DNA of 64,000 nucleotides from a virus. Positions 29,776-40,601 of the stretch are shown here, one piece after another. A program made the position numbers and the translations under genes. Position 1 is the first letter of the stretch; each line of letters starts with the position of its first letter. The notes under the pieces are model-generated. The model had not been told where the DNA came from. It made no database searches and was given only the letters and a program-made list of their open reading frames with translations. The stretch covers positions 128,001 to 192,000 of IMG/VR virus record IMGVR_UViG_3300010224_000001; one strand, given 5' to 3'.

Positions 29776-30948
29776 TCAAGTTTTGGCAGGTTCAGGCTTG
29801 AAAGCTTTGACTGCCATGAGTACTGTACCAATCGCTGTGAGAATCACAGGTAGGTACTTGACCATATCGCTTGTTTCTTTGCGATCAATTGAACGACGAT
29901 GATATCCTTCATCAATCCGCATGCGTTCCAAATCCATCAAACGCTTCAGATTGTCTTCAGTATCCTTTAGTCGTCTTTGATGGCTTTCTCTCTCCATTTC
30001 AGATTCACGATTTTTCCTTTCTAGTTCGGCTTGCAGTCGATCGAACTCACTCTTCTCACGTCCCATCTGCAACTGAAGAAGTTTATTCTCGTGCTGCAAT
30101 TTCTCCAACTCTTCTTTTCGATGTAAATTGGGATCGCCATAAGTTTTGGCATGCTCGTAATTTTTATACAAACCTAACCGCTCTTCGGCTTCCCCAAACT
30201 CATACACCTCAGTGATTATTTCATTTGTAGCAATTCTACCGTGCGCAGGCTTGGTGGAAATCACATAGATACCATCTGGTCGCGTATCGCGTTTCGGCGT
30301 AATCATAAACACTTGATTACAGATCGATACAAAGCGCTCACCATGTTTACCGAGCGAATCCACAATCTCAATCATGAACACCATGCCTCGATCGTTTTGA
30401 AACGATTGAGCATAGTTCTCCGTCTGCTCTTTCTTACCAACCAAACTATGCGGATGGTTAGGGATCTCACACCCGTCACCATATGCAAATACACAATCTA
30501 AGTCATGGTGGTAAAAAATGTTTCCAACATCTTGAATATCCTTTTGCAAGAAGTAATATTCGTAGGTGATACGGATGTCACGTTGCATCCTGTTAAGGTT
30601 CTGATAAAGGTGAAAGAACGCTTCACGAATCTCTTGTAACTCTAGAGAATGCTCAGGCGTCACAGTGGAAAGAAACTCCGCAACAGCGGGAAGGTTTTCA
30701 CGTAAGAAAGTATACTCGTGGCGAACGATAAATTCGTAATCTCCAGTAGACTGATTAATCTCACGGCGTCTACCGTTTATTACTGGGAACGTCACTACCA
30801 GACCCGAACGCTTACGCATTTTCACTTCCTGTGAAAAATTGTTGATGTAAGTCGTACGTTGGGTAAACACACTGTCTGGCTCGATTGCTCCGGCTCGAAT
30901 ATTCGCGACGCGTACACGACCGTAGTGAGTAATCAGGTCTCGGGTCAT
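29776..30948 (-). CDS. conserved phiKZ-like protein with coiled coil and C-terminal hydrophobic helix
   Basis: Syntenic between MCP and the RNAP subunit; RSGL, HPHS, DGIYV motifs. Confidence 0.75.
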   Translation of the reverse strand: MTRDLITHYGRVRVANIRAGAIEPDSVFTQRTTYINNFSQEVKMRKRSGLVVTFPVINGRRREINQSTGDYEFIVRHEYTFLRENLPAVAEFLSTVTPEHSLELQEIREAFFHLYQNLNRMQRDIRITYEYYFLQKDIQDVGNIFYHHDLDCVFAYGDGCEIPNHPHSLVGKKEQTENYAQSFQNDRGMVFMIEIVDSLGKHGERFVSICNQVFMITPKRDTRPDGIYVISTKPAHGRIATNEIITEVYEFGEAEERLGLYKNYEHAKTYGDPNLHRKEELEKLQHENKLLQLQMGREKSEFDRLQAELERKNRESEMERESHQRRLKDTEDNLKRLMDLERMRIDEGYHRRSIDRKETSDMVKYLPVILTAIGTVLMAVKAFKPEPAKT

Positions 30949-31031
30949 AAAAGCGCTTTCTAGGAAATTATCATTAGTGCCTATATTTGTCTGCGATTAG
31001 TTTCTTGTATACTAATCACAATCTCATTAAG

Positions 31032-31050
31032 ATGATATATGCCTGAAAGT
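31032..31050 (-). promoter_or_regulatory. phage early promoter
   Basis: CTTTCAGGCATATATCAT upstream of the nvRNAP operon. Confidence 0.65.
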
Positions 31051-31089
31051 TTTTTGATCAAAAAACAAAATGAGGGCATAGAGCAATAC

Positions 31090-31120
31090 CTCTCCTCCCA
31101 GCCTTGCGGCCAGGAGGAGA
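31090..31120 (-). terminator. terminator hairpin
   Basis: CTCTCCTCC...GGAGGAGAG inverted repeat followed by TATG on the minus strand. Confidence 0.6.
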
Positions 31121-31159
31121 GTCAAGCCCCAATGCTTTAGCTACAGAAGAATAGCTTAC

Positions 31160-31195
31160 AGCCATGGCCTGCCTCCGAAGAGGCAGGCTTGGTTG
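31160..31195 (-). terminator. hairpin downstream of MCP
   Basis: GCCTGCCTC-TTCG-GAGGCAGGC (UUCG loop on the minus strand). Confidence 0.7.
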
Positions 31196-31212
31196 CTCAG
31201 TTCCCTACCAGA

Positions 31213-33402
31213 TTACACGCTATGCATGTTGATCGGCAGTTTGCTGTCGACGACGTCGCTGATACCGGTCACGGTGATGCGACCCAGGACCGGCAGGTTG
31301 ACATGGTGACGGAACGACGGCGACACCGTGATCTCTTTCGAGTACGAACCATCACGGGCGGTCGGCAGAACCACGGTCAGTTCCGGACGATATTGCATCG
31401 TACCGAAATGCAGCACGTTCGGGACACCAGCTTCAGCCGTGGTGAAGTCACCGAAGGTCACGAAGATCTTACCACGCATCTTGATGTTGGTGGTGGAGAC
31501 GATCTTGACCGGGAAGTGATCACCCAGCGTACGCAGGTCACCAGTCACCGTCAGGTAACGAGCGATCTCTTGGTCCGTCGCGATGATGACGGTCGGCGGA
31601 GCCGACATGCCACCGTTCTGCGAGTCAGCAGCCGGTTTGTAGCCCGAGTTCTGATACATCTCGTAAGCCATGTCACGGATCATGTTGACCAGCGAGGCTT
31701 GGATGTCAGCAGCACGTTCGTGCGACTTCACCGAGTCGATCACAGCCGGAGCATCGTAGGTGCGATCATCGAACTGCGGATCAACCAGCCAACGAGCCAG
31801 ACCCAGGACTTCGATAGTGTCACCAGCGCGAGCTTGCGTACCAACGATGCTCTTCAGGATGTCGGCGGTTGCCAGCAGCTTGTCCACAGCAGCGTTCGAG
31901 GTACGGACGTGCGTGGTGAAGATCAGTGCGTTCAGGTCGCGAGCGTCGTTAGCATCACCAGCCGAGTGCGGACGCGGCACCGTGATCGGCGACAGCAGGT
32001 TAAGTTTGTAGTACTGACGATAAGTGGTGGTATCCACCAGCTGACCGCGTTGACGACGGTTCATGTTCGAACGCTTAGCGTCCAGGTTGTAACCGATGAA
32101 CTCAGCACCTTTGAAGATGTCAGCAATGGTCTTACCAGTGCCGGTCTTCGTGTCCAGGTTGACGCCGTTCTGACGGACCGAGACGACTTGCAGCTTATTG
32201 GTGAAAGCCGTGGTCGTGCCGAACTGAACGTTCATTTTGCCCGAGACAACGATGCCCAGACGAACTTCGTATTGACCAGCCACGATCGGAGCCAGCAGCG
32301 TCGAAACGCCGTTGTCATACTTAACCGTGTCTTTGTTAACCGTCAGAACGTTGGTGTCGAAATTCAGCACCATGTCCTTGTAGTTACCTTGGACAGCGTA
32401 GTTGAAGTTGCTCAGCGGCAGGTCCATCGTGTTGAAACGGACCACTTCTTTGGTCGAACCGTCAGCGTTGGTCAGCTGCAGGAACAGTTCCTTCAGGGTG
32501 ACGCCCGGATCCACCGAGTCGGTGACGTCCATGACGCCAGCTTGCAGCAGAGCGTCGGTTTGCGACAGACCCAGCAGGTCGAATTCCGTACCCATGGCCA
32601 GAGCCGAGGTCTGGATGGATTCACCATTGTCCATGGTGATGTTGACCGGAGCCATATCGGTCGACGGCACGAAGTAGTCTTCGTTGACGCCATCACGGAA
32701 CACCGGGATGATGTTGGTAGCGTCGTTCTGCAGCAGCGTCGGGTAGGTCAGTGCGCGGATAACGTTCGAACGACGGAAGTCTTCGACAGCGCCCGAGGTT
32801 TGATGCTTAGCATCGTTTTGCAGCATGACCAGGTCGATGGTCATCATCATACCAGCTTGATCCGGCGGGATCACGACGGTCGGGAACAGAGCTTCGCCGA
32901 ACTCGTCTTGACGAGCAGCAGCCAGGTTGTAAGCGATCGAGAAAGCGACCGTGGTCGAGGTCGACTGTTCGTCGTAAGCTTCCAGAGCAGCACGACGGTT
33001 GTCCAGACCAACGCTATCGGCTTCCACGACCGAGATGCCTTCTTGGGCGATCACGTTCGATTTGATCGGAGCCTTGACAGCGGCGCCAATGTCACCACCC
33101 ATGATACCAGCATACAGAGCAGCTTGCATCTGAGCTTGGCTGACGTTTGCTTTACCCGACTTCTTGTCGACTTGCAGGTTGCTTTGGCAGATGCCTTCCA
33201 GCGAAGCGTGCAGTTGGCTAACTGCAGTGTTCAGTTCGGTCTTAGCGGTGATGTCGATCGATTCCATCGAGACAATGTTGCTAGCCAGCTTAGCGGCGTG
33301 ACTAGTACGGCCCTGGGAAGCTGCCAGTTGTTTAGTGGCTTCCAGGACACCCACCATACCTTTAGCACCGCTTTGGGTGATCGAGCTAAAAATATCATTC
33401 AT
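31213..33402 (-). CDS. major capsid protein (phiKZ gp120-like)
   Basis: AALEAYDE cleavage site, AYNLAAARQDEFGEALFPT, SNMNRRQRGQL, VIIATDQEIARYL, HHVNLPVL. Confidence 0.92.
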   Translation of the reverse strand: MNDIFSSITQSGAKGMVGVLEATKQLAASQGRTSHAAKLASNIVSMESIDITAKTELNTAVSQLHASLEGICQSNLQVDKKSGKANVSQAQMQAALYAGIMGGDIGAAVKAPIKSNVIAQEGISVVEADSVGLDNRRAALEAYDEQSTSTTVAFSIAYNLAAARQDEFGEALFPTVVIPPDQAGMMMTIDLVMLQNDAKHQTSGAVEDFRRSNVIRALTYPTLLQNDATNIIPVFRDGVNEDYFVPSTDMAPVNITMDNGESIQTSALAMGTEFDLLGLSQTDALLQAGVMDVTDSVDPGVTLKELFLQLTNADGSTKEVVRFNTMDLPLSNFNYAVQGNYKDMVLNFDTNVLTVNKDTVKYDNGVSTLLAPIVAGQYEVRLGIVVSGKMNVQFGTTTAFTNKLQVVSVRQNGVNLDTKTGTGKTIADIFKGAEFIGYNLDAKRSNMNRRQRGQLVDTTTYRQYYKLNLLSPITVPRPHSAGDANDARDLNALIFTTHVRTSNAAVDKLLATADILKSIVGTQARAGDTIEVLGLARWLVDPQFDDRTYDAPAVIDSVKSHERAADIQASLVNMIRDMAYEMYQNSGYKPAADSQNGGMSAPPTVIIATDQEIARYLTVTGDLRTLGDHFPVKIVSTTNIKMRGKIFVTFGDFTTAEAGVPNVLHFGTMQYRPELTVVLPTARDGSYSKEITVSPSFRHHVNLPVLGRITVTGISDVVDSKLPINMHSV

Positions 33403-33493
33403 GTTTGTAACCTATCCTTGCTTTATAAATAAAAGAAAAAAGGCTTTGGGGCTTTTGCCTCAAATCATTAGTAATTAATTACTTACTTTTGTT

Positions 33494-34174
33494 TTAGTGA
33501 GACATAGAAGCAAGTCTTACTAATTCTTCGAGATACTTTCGAAAGTATGGTGTCTTGCACACCGAAGCGTACGAGTTGTACACATACAATACTTTTAATA
33601 TCGACTTCAGAAGCGGATATCTGAAGTCTGAAAACTTATCCCGGTTGAAGTAACCCGGATATACGACAACGCCAATGATGTCACGAGTTAAGTCATAAGT
33701 AATAAAGGGTTCTTTATGTTGTTCTGAGAAACTCTCCTTACAAAACAGTCGTGAAGCAATCTCTTTTTCGGTAGAACTCGTCAGGTTGATGTAGTTCAGA
33801 GTATGAAATAAATCTTTTGTTGCCAAATCATTTGCAGCAACACTTTTACGCCAGATCTCTTCCAAGAACTTAGAGTCATACCACTCTGTAATATCTGTTC
33901 CTCTTTGAGGATACGCGTAGCTGATAGGGATGCCGTCAGCGTCGAACGTCGGATCAAATAATGAGTATGTTTGCAACTGAAGCAGAACACTTTGTTCTTC
34001 TAGACTTAAGATTTGCTTCATTACCTTGAAATCTAAAAACGTGTTGAGCGGCAGGTTGCGGCGTTCCAGCATGCCCTTAATCCAATACGGAATAAATACC
34101 ACAGTCTTCGGTGTCTCAGCTAACATAGCATGGAACACGCCAGACGGGTTGTGGGCTAATACTTGGTTTTCCAC
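33494..34174 (-). CDS. conserved phiKZ-like protein between MCP and DnaB
   Basis: Synteny; VVYPGYF motif. Confidence 0.7.
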   Translation of the reverse strand: MENQVLAHNPSGVFHAMLAETPKTVVFIPYWIKGMLERRNLPLNTFLDFKVMKQILSLEEQSVLLQLQTYSLFDPTFDADGIPISYAYPQRGTDITEWYDSKFLEEIWRKSVAANDLATKDLFHTLNYINLTSSTEKEIASRLFCKESFSEQHKEPFITYDLTRDIIGVVVYPGYFNRDKFSDFRYPLLKSILKVLYVYNSYASVCKTPYFRKYLEELVRLASMSH

Positions 34175-34312
34175 GATAAAACTCCCTTGTGTGAATCAAT
34201 AAACACAGGTGAAAAAAACTAGCATGCCTCTTGATATGTGTAAGACGTATGCTGTCAAAAATAACAACCGCTTAAACTAACTTAAGCGGCATTTTAATTA
34301 CCACTCATAGCC

Positions 34313-35860
34313 ATGAATCCTAAGCTTTTACTTATCAGCGCAATCACACTGCTCTTTCGAGAAAGTCAACAAGTCGGTCATACCAATAACTCTGCAGAAC
34401 TAGTACGACAAGTTGTTGATGAAGTAAAGGCGCCTGAAGTTTCGCTAGGACGTGAAATTCATGATTTGCATACTGAAGTGTTAATGGGTCTTCGTGACAC
34501 TGCCTTCTATATGGCAACACTTCCCTATAATCATCAGTATGAAATCAACGAAATTCTCCAGCGTCTCAAAATCAACTGCGGTGCAGATGAAACGACGTAT
34601 GATGCATTGGTTGATGGCATCTCTCAAGAGTTGTCCGAGAATGCGTTAAAACGCACAGTTCTCAACATTCAAAAGCAAATTCGGAATTACTTCCGTGAAA
34701 AGGAGATCACTCAAGTAATTAGCCAAGCTTTTCAGAAACTTAAGTTTAATAAAGCCAAAATCCCCAACATGAACGAGTTCGTTCAAGAGGTTGTGGGTAA
34801 GCTTTCTGAGTACCAATCTGATAGCACAAACGCTGACCCAGCAGTCGTGGGTGAAGTTGACTTTGCGAATGTCAATGAAATCAGTGCCATTTTCAAGACT
34901 GCTAAAGAAGCAGACAACGATGAATGGACGATGACGACTGGCTTGCAAGGTTTGAATCGTGCATTAGATGGTGGCTTTCGGCGTGGTGAAAGTTGGGTGT
35001 TTGGCGCACTACCTCACAACTTCAAAACCGGTATGTCACTGACTATCTTTAGACAGATAGCCATGTATAACGTGCCGAAGATGCGGGATCCTAATAAGAA
35101 GCCGTTGTTGGTCCGTATCACATTTGAAGATAGCTTGAAAGAAAACTTCACGTTCATGTATCAGCAGATGTACACGAACGAGAATCGTATCAAACCCGAT
35201 ATGGCTGCTGTCACAGACGAAGACATGGCGGCGTATGTGATGGAACGCTTAACTCGTACTGGCTACCATATTCGCATGGTGGAAGTCAATCCGAGTGGCT
35301 GGACTTATTTGGATATTCAGAATAAGATCCTGCAATATGAAGCCGAAGGTTACGAAGTACATCTGTGTGCAATTGACTACCTGCCGATGATCCCGACTAC
35401 GGGTTGTATCATGACGACGATTGGTTCAGATATTCGCGATCTGTATCGTCGTATGCGTAACTTCTTTAAAGCACGCTGGACCACGATGATTACCCCACAT
35501 CAATTGTCGATGGATGCGAAGAAGTTAATCCGTGATGGTCATGGCGATCTAGTTAAACTGGTGCTCAATAAAGGCATGTACGACGCGTGTGGACGTCTTG
35601 ACCAAGAAGTTGATGGTGAGATGTTCCAGCATATCGAATACGTCAATAACAAGCCTTTCTTGACCTTCCAGCGTGGTAAACACCGTAAGACCCGTCAGAC
35701 ACCTCTCGTTGATCGTTACTTTGTCTTGACGTTGCATGAAATCGGCGACTTGTACGACGATATCGACGGTGAAGACACGACGCTGCGTCGTCCTGGCGGT
35801 GGTAAGATTGGTTCAGCAACGGAAACTCCGTACTGGGAATTTGATGCTCAACCTGCGTAA
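34313..35860 (+). CDS. dnaB: DnaB-like replicative helicase (phiKZ gp118-like)
   Basis: TGLQGLNRALDGGFRRGE, ALPHNFKT Walker A variant, IDYL Walker B, TPHQLS, QRGKHR. Confidence 0.9.
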   Translation: MNPKLLLISAITLLFRESQQVGHTNNSAELVRQVVDEVKAPEVSLGREIHDLHTEVLMGLRDTAFYMATLPYNHQYEINEILQRLKINCGADETTYDALVDGISQELSENALKRTVLNIQKQIRNYFREKEITQVISQAFQKLKFNKAKIPNMNEFVQEVVGKLSEYQSDSTNADPAVVGEVDFANVNEISAIFKTAKEADNDEWTMTTGLQGLNRALDGGFRRGESWVFGALPHNFKTGMSLTIFRQIAMYNVPKMRDPNKKPLLVRITFEDSLKENFTFMYQQMYTNENRIKPDMAAVTDEDMAAYVMERLTRTGYHIRMVEVNPSGWTYLDIQNKILQYEAEGYEVHLCAIDYLPMIPTTGCIMTTIGSDIRDLYRRMRNFFKARWTTMITPHQLSMDAKKLIRDGHGDLVKLVLNKGMYDACGRLDQEVDGEMFQHIEYVNNKPFLTFQRGKHRKTRQTPLVDRYFVLTLHEIGDLYDDIDGEDTTLRRPGGGKIGSATETPYWEFDAQPA

Positions 35861-36006
35861 ATAAGACCTGGCAAAGCTTAGAAATACTTTTGTTTTAAAC
35901 CAAAGAAAAATGTAGCAAACGTACACCTACTCACTAGCCTATCTTGTGGCTAGTGAGTAGGCAGTATGCTGTTATTCTTTCATTTATTTTCTTTGGAACT
36001 TTTGCC

Positions 36007-38070
36007 ATGTTTAGCGCATTACGAAAGATGGTTGGTAATATCAACATCGTGCAAAGAGGCAATCAAATCGTCATCGAGGGCTTACCTCGAGACGTGTATA
36101 TGAACGACATATACAAAATCTGGAAGACGTCTAAAATCGAAGACTACATGTTTACAAGAAGTACAAGTTCTTCGGTGATCTTCCATCAATTCTTTTTACC
36201 TGATGTTCTTTACACGCTAGAACAAGTTGTTGCTAACCCAAGACGTGGTACTGGTTTTAATTATCGTGTACTTCGGAAAGTCATTGATCAAATCAAGAAT
36301 GAAACATGGATGAGTCGGATTTACCGACAAGATACTCCAGACATCCTTGACTTTGACCAGTTGAATCTTCTCAAGTATAAACCCTTACCCCACCAAGCAG
36401 AATTCTTCCGTGTCTATAATGACATTGTGCCGCGTTATGGGCTGTTAGGACTGATGTTAGGTGCTGTGCCAGGTTCTGGTAAGACCTTAGCGTCGATCAT
36501 GCTCTCGTGCATGTTAAAGAACGATGTGACGATCATCATTTCGCCTAAGAACGCAATTGATCGGGTTTGGCAAGACACAGTCGCAACCTGCTTTAAAGAA
36601 CCAGTCGATTATTGGGTCTCTTCGATGAAAGAAGATCCAACGCCTGGTAAGCGCTTCTACATCTTCCATTACGAGCAATTAGACCGCGCTATTGAGTTCT
36701 TCACGAAACACAAACCAGTTAACCCAATGCTGGTGTTGGATGAATCGCACAACATGAATGAAGCCGATTCACTACGCACGCAACGTTTTGTGGAACTGGC
36801 TCGTGATGTGTTGAACTCGAAGCACGTGTTGTGGGCGTCTGGCACGCCGATCAAAGCGATTGGTAATGAAGCGATTCCGTTCTTACGTTGCATCGATCCG
36901 CTGTTTGATAGCTTTGCGGAAGAACGCTTCCGTAAGATCTTTGGCAAGAACGTGTCTCGTGCTGTCGACATTCTGCGTAACCGGATTGGTTTCTTGACCT
37001 TTAAGGTTGAGAAGATTGCGGTGATTAAGAATGAGGTTACGACGTACACTAAAGATATCGAGATCCCCAACGGGAAGATGTATACGCTCGACGTAATTAA
37101 AGAAGACATGAAACAGTTTGTGACTGAGCGCATGAACTATTACAAGTCAAACTTTAAGAAATACGAAGAGCAGTATAACCGCGGTCTTAAGTTACATGAA
37201 TCGATGATTGAGCGTGATAAAGCTAAGCGTGCTCAATTTGACATCTATCGTAAATACATTGCTATCATCCGTCGTGGCTTTGATGCTGCGACTATGAAAG
37301 AACAAGCGATGTTCTGTAACAAGTACGAGCTGAAAGAAATCATTCCGTTCTTGGCACCAGGTATCAAAGAAGAATTTAAGAATGCTCGTTCAGTGGTTAA
37401 GTACTACGATTTGAAAGTGCGTGGTGAAGCCTTAGGTCGTATCCTGGGTAAGAAGCGTGCTCAGTGTCACGTTGACATGGTGCCTTACTGTAACCTGGAA
37501 GAAGAGATCGATAACGCACGGAAGAAGACGGTGATCTTTACTAGCTATGTCGAAGTGGTGGACAAGATCTGCGACATGTTAGAAGCCAGTGGTTACAAAC
37601 CCTTACGTGTTTACGGTACGACTAATAAAGACCTGCCGAATATTGTTAAGACGTTTGGTGACGATGAAGATGCTAATCCGTTAGTCGCTACGTTCCAATC
37701 GCTCTCAACCGCTGTTCCACTCGTGATGGCATCTACTGCAATCATGATGAATAGTCCGTTCCGTATTCATGAATTAGAACAAGCTACTGCGCGTGTCGAT
37801 CGCATTGGTCAAGACGGCCCAGTGACAATTGTGAACATGTTCTTGAAGACCGGTACAGAAGGCAACATCTCGACTCGTTCGGGTGATATCCTGGAATGGT
37901 CCAGAGAGGCTGTAGATGCGATTTTGGGCCGAAATACTGACGTAGGTGATCTCGTTATGGAAGCAGTCGAATATGACGTCTGTAAGGCCCCGTATAGCGT
38001 CGAAAGAGAACTGTTTAATATCGACTATGTACCAGAAATGCCAGTAGCTCCTGTGTGGTCTGCTTGGTAA
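36007..38070 (+). CDS. SF2 (DEAD/SNF2-like) helicase, probably virion-associated
   Basis: PGSGKT, LDESH, ASGTP, QATARVDRIGQ; start at MFSALRK. Confidence 0.88.
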   Translation: MFSALRKMVGNINIVQRGNQIVIEGLPRDVYMNDIYKIWKTSKIEDYMFTRSTSSSVIFHQFFLPDVLYTLEQVVANPRRGTGFNYRVLRKVIDQIKNETWMSRIYRQDTPDILDFDQLNLLKYKPLPHQAEFFRVYNDIVPRYGLLGLMLGAVPGSGKTLASIMLSCMLKNDVTIIISPKNAIDRVWQDTVATCFKEPVDYWVSSMKEDPTPGKRFYIFHYEQLDRAIEFFTKHKPVNPMLVLDESHNMNEADSLRTQRFVELARDVLNSKHVLWASGTPIKAIGNEAIPFLRCIDPLFDSFAEERFRKIFGKNVSRAVDILRNRIGFLTFKVEKIAVIKNEVTTYTKDIEIPNGKMYTLDVIKEDMKQFVTERMNYYKSNFKKYEEQYNRGLKLHESMIERDKAKRAQFDIYRKYIAIIRRGFDAATMKEQAMFCNKYELKEIIPFLAPGIKEEFKNARSVVKYYDLKVRGEALGRILGKKRAQCHVDMVPYCNLEEEIDNARKKTVIFTSYVEVVDKICDMLEASGYKPLRVYGTTNKDLPNIVKTFGDDEDANPLVATFQSLSTAVPLVMASTAIMMNSPFRIHELEQATARVDRIGQDGPVTIVNMFLKTGTEGNISTRSGDILEWSREAVDAILGRNTDVGDLVMEAVEYDVCKAPYSVERELFNIDYVPEMPVAPVWSAW

Positions 38071-38091
38071 ACTAATAATAACGGTGAAAAC

Positions 38092-38826
38092 ATGAAAAGT
38101 GTTAAAGACTTATGGAATATCTTCGAAGAACAACTTCGTAAAGAAGAGCCAGTCGAGTTAAGGAAACTGAACGGGCCGGTTACAACAGCCGAGCTTAAGA
38201 AACTCGACGCGATCTTACCGCATGGTGCAAGACTACCTAATGATTATCTGGATCTGATTCGGATTCATAACGGTAGTAATCATGACAATGCATTTGACTT
38301 TGAAGGTTATGATTTCTTGTCGATGGATGGTATTTTGCAAGCTTACGGCTACATGAAAGATCGTGCTGATAAGTTTACGGCACAATACGGCGAAGGCGGT
38401 CCTAAGCCGGTAGCTGTTCATGGTGTTCAACAAGTGTTCAATAATCCTTTCTGGATTCCTGTTCTGGCTGCTTCTGATTGGAAGAACTTCATTTGCCTCG
38501 ACTATGATCCAGCTTCTGGTGGAACTAAGTGTCAAGTGATTGACGTACACTTCCGTGCTGGTCCAGTAGGTAAAGTCTTTAGGAACTTTACTGAATTCTT
38601 CAATGAACTCATGTGGTATCACATTGAAGACTCTAGTGTGAATGAAGAAACGAAACCAGCACAAGCTGAGGTAAAAGCTGCGCCAGTTAAAGAAGAAAGC
38701 AAAAAACCTCAAAAGACTTCTATCTGGTCAAGAATCTTTGCTAGAGAAAGCCTGAGTCAGGAGTCGATTGATATTAGCACACAGAGCAATAAGTCTGCTT
38801 ATAAGCCTACTTACTTGAAGTGGTAA
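38092..38826 (+). CDS. SMI1/KNR4 (SUKH) family protein
   Basis: PVTTAELKKL..LPNDYLDL..HNG, WIPV...FICLDYDP..G.KCQVI. Confidence 0.85.
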   Translation: MKSVKDLWNIFEEQLRKEEPVELRKLNGPVTTAELKKLDAILPHGARLPNDYLDLIRIHNGSNHDNAFDFEGYDFLSMDGILQAYGYMKDRADKFTAQYGEGGPKPVAVHGVQQVFNNPFWIPVLAASDWKNFICLDYDPASGGTKCQVIDVHFRAGPVGKVFRNFTEFFNELMWYHIEDSSVNEETKPAQAEVKAAPVKEESKKPQKTSIWSRIFARESLSQESIDISTQSNKSAYKPTYLKW

Positions 38827-38887
38827 GCAAGTGGTTGAATTATATAGTTTACTCCCCCGTAACCTCTGTATTTAAGGAATTGATCAA

Positions 38888-40546
38888 ATGCGCAATAAGT
38901 ACGTGCAACCAACACCTGCTAAAAAGGCAGCTCTGGAATCCGACGATGTGAAGCTGAATGCTCCTGAATCGGAAGATAACCGCCCCATGGAACCGGCTTC
39001 GGCTGATAACGCCGAGAATGGTTCTGGCAAAGGTGGTGAGCAAGAAGTCAAAGTGACTGCTCCGGAAACCGAAGACAATCGTCCGACCGAACCCGCAGGT
39101 GATCCTGACGCTGCTCCGATGAGCAACACGTCTGGCGAAGAAACCGTTAAAGTCACGCAAGGTGAAACGGATGACGACCGTCCTCTGGAAGCTGAACAAA
39201 CGGCTAACACCGAAACCGATGCTGATGCTAACACCGGTGCTCTGGATGTGACTGACGTTGAATTCGAAATCATCGAAAACGCTGTCGACGAAGCTGACGT
39301 TGAGATCGAACAGAAACAACAGATCAATAACGCCGTTGAAGTCTTCGAAGGTTATCAAGAGACCATCCGTCATCTGCTGGCTACCGAATCATTTAGCGAT
39401 GCTACTGCAAATGTTCTGCAACAAGCGATTGCTGTGCAGATGCGTACGGTTAGCTCTGGCATTCCACATGTCTCGCTGGAAGACTTTGGTGGTTCCCTTA
39501 CAGCTAAAGCTCGTCATGAACAAATGCTGGGTCAGCTGATTCTTGAAGGCGCCGCGCTGAACACGATCGCGCAATCCTACGTGGTTAACTGGAAGCAAGG
39601 TTTCCGTGCCTATGCTGATCTGTTCCGTAGTAATGCCGGACTGGTTAAGAAGTATAAAGCTAAGTTGATGGATGCGCAGAAAGAGTTTGATGCTAAGAAA
39701 GCTAAATTTGGCACCGGCACGCATCAGGTTAGCTTGCTTCGCTTTAGTAGCATTTACGCTACTGGCGATGGTCGAGTTAAGGATATTATTGCGGCTCTGA
39801 CTGCAGACTTTGCGATGTCGCGTTATGCACTCGTAGAATACCCAACTAAGGTTCTGCAAGTTCTCACCAAGATTAACAGCATTGTTAGTTCTGGTAATAT
39901 GTCGACTCCTGACTCGGCAGCTAAAGTAATTGCCTCGATCGAAGCTATTCCGCATCCTGGCGATCTGTTTGATAAGAAGTTTATTGAAGGCAAATCTTAC
40001 CTCACCCAAGTCAATCTGGATGTCGACGTTAGCAAGACACGCGAATCTGTTGAAATCAACGGTAAACGGTTTGATAAACTGGCTAACCTGGCCACCAGGA
40101 AGAAAGTTGTTGAAGCTGGCGCGTGGGGCGCTAGAGCTGCTAACGGTTTCGGTAACGACGGCGCTGTCGCTGATGAAATCGTCGGTAAAGGTGTGGCTGG
40201 TATGACTACCGATCAAATTGGTAAACTGATTAAGTTCGGTATGGAATACTTGCATCTGGTTGAACAGAACATGGAGCTGGTCAAGAAATCGCAAAGCTTG
40301 ATGGATTCGATCAGTAGTGGTCTGAGGAAGATGGAAGATTCGATCGACAGAGGCGCTGAGAAAGCTATCGATCGTGCTTTCAATCAGATCTCTGACTTTG
40401 CAAGCAATGTAATGTTTGCTAACTTCATGAGTCCGGCTCGCAGTGAAGTCAAGCGCGCGATTAAGATCGCTTCTGCAAATCAGATGATGGCTCTGCGAGT
40501 CATTTACAATGCTGAACGTGGTGCGACTCAGAAACAAGCTAAATAA
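38888..40546 (+). CDS. internal head (inner body) protein with acidic propeptide
   Basis: AALE, ATE and VSLE protease-type sites; acidic N-terminal repeats. Confidence 0.7.
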   Translation: MRNKYVQPTPAKKAALESDDVKLNAPESEDNRPMEPASADNAENGSGKGGEQEVKVTAPETEDNRPTEPAGDPDAAPMSNTSGEETVKVTQGETDDDRPLEAEQTANTETDADANTGALDVTDVEFEIIENAVDEADVEIEQKQQINNAVEVFEGYQETIRHLLATESFSDATANVLQQAIAVQMRTVSSGIPHVSLEDFGGSLTAKARHEQMLGQLILEGAALNTIAQSYVVNWKQGFRAYADLFRSNAGLVKKYKAKLMDAQKEFDAKKAKFGTGTHQVSLLRFSSIYATGDGRVKDIIAALTADFAMSRYALVEYPTKVLQVLTKINSIVSSGNMSTPDSAAKVIASIEAIPHPGDLFDKKFIEGKSYLTQVNLDVDVSKTRESVEINGKRFDKLANLATRKKVVEAGAWGARAANGFGNDGAVADEIVGKGVAGMTTDQIGKLIKFGMEYLHLVEQNMELVKKSQSLMDSISSGLRKMEDSIDRGAEKAIDRAFNQISDFASNVMFANFMSPARSEVKRAIKIASANQMMALRVIYNAERGATQKQAK

Positions 40547-40549
40547 AGC

Positions 40550-40599
40550 GTCATAACTCCCTACTCTCCGCTGGTCTGGAGAGTAGGGGTTTTATGATC
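40550..40599. terminator. bidirectional terminator
   Basis: CCCTACTCTCC-GCTGGTCT-GGAGAGTAGGG flanked by GTCATAA/TTATGA. Confidence 0.8.
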
Positions 40600-40601
40600 T
40601 A

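Noticed and set aside
31189-33432. 747 aa antisense ORF overlapping the major capsid gene
   Set aside because: Mirror frame produced by the strong codon bias of a highly expressed gene; no SD or recognisable motifs
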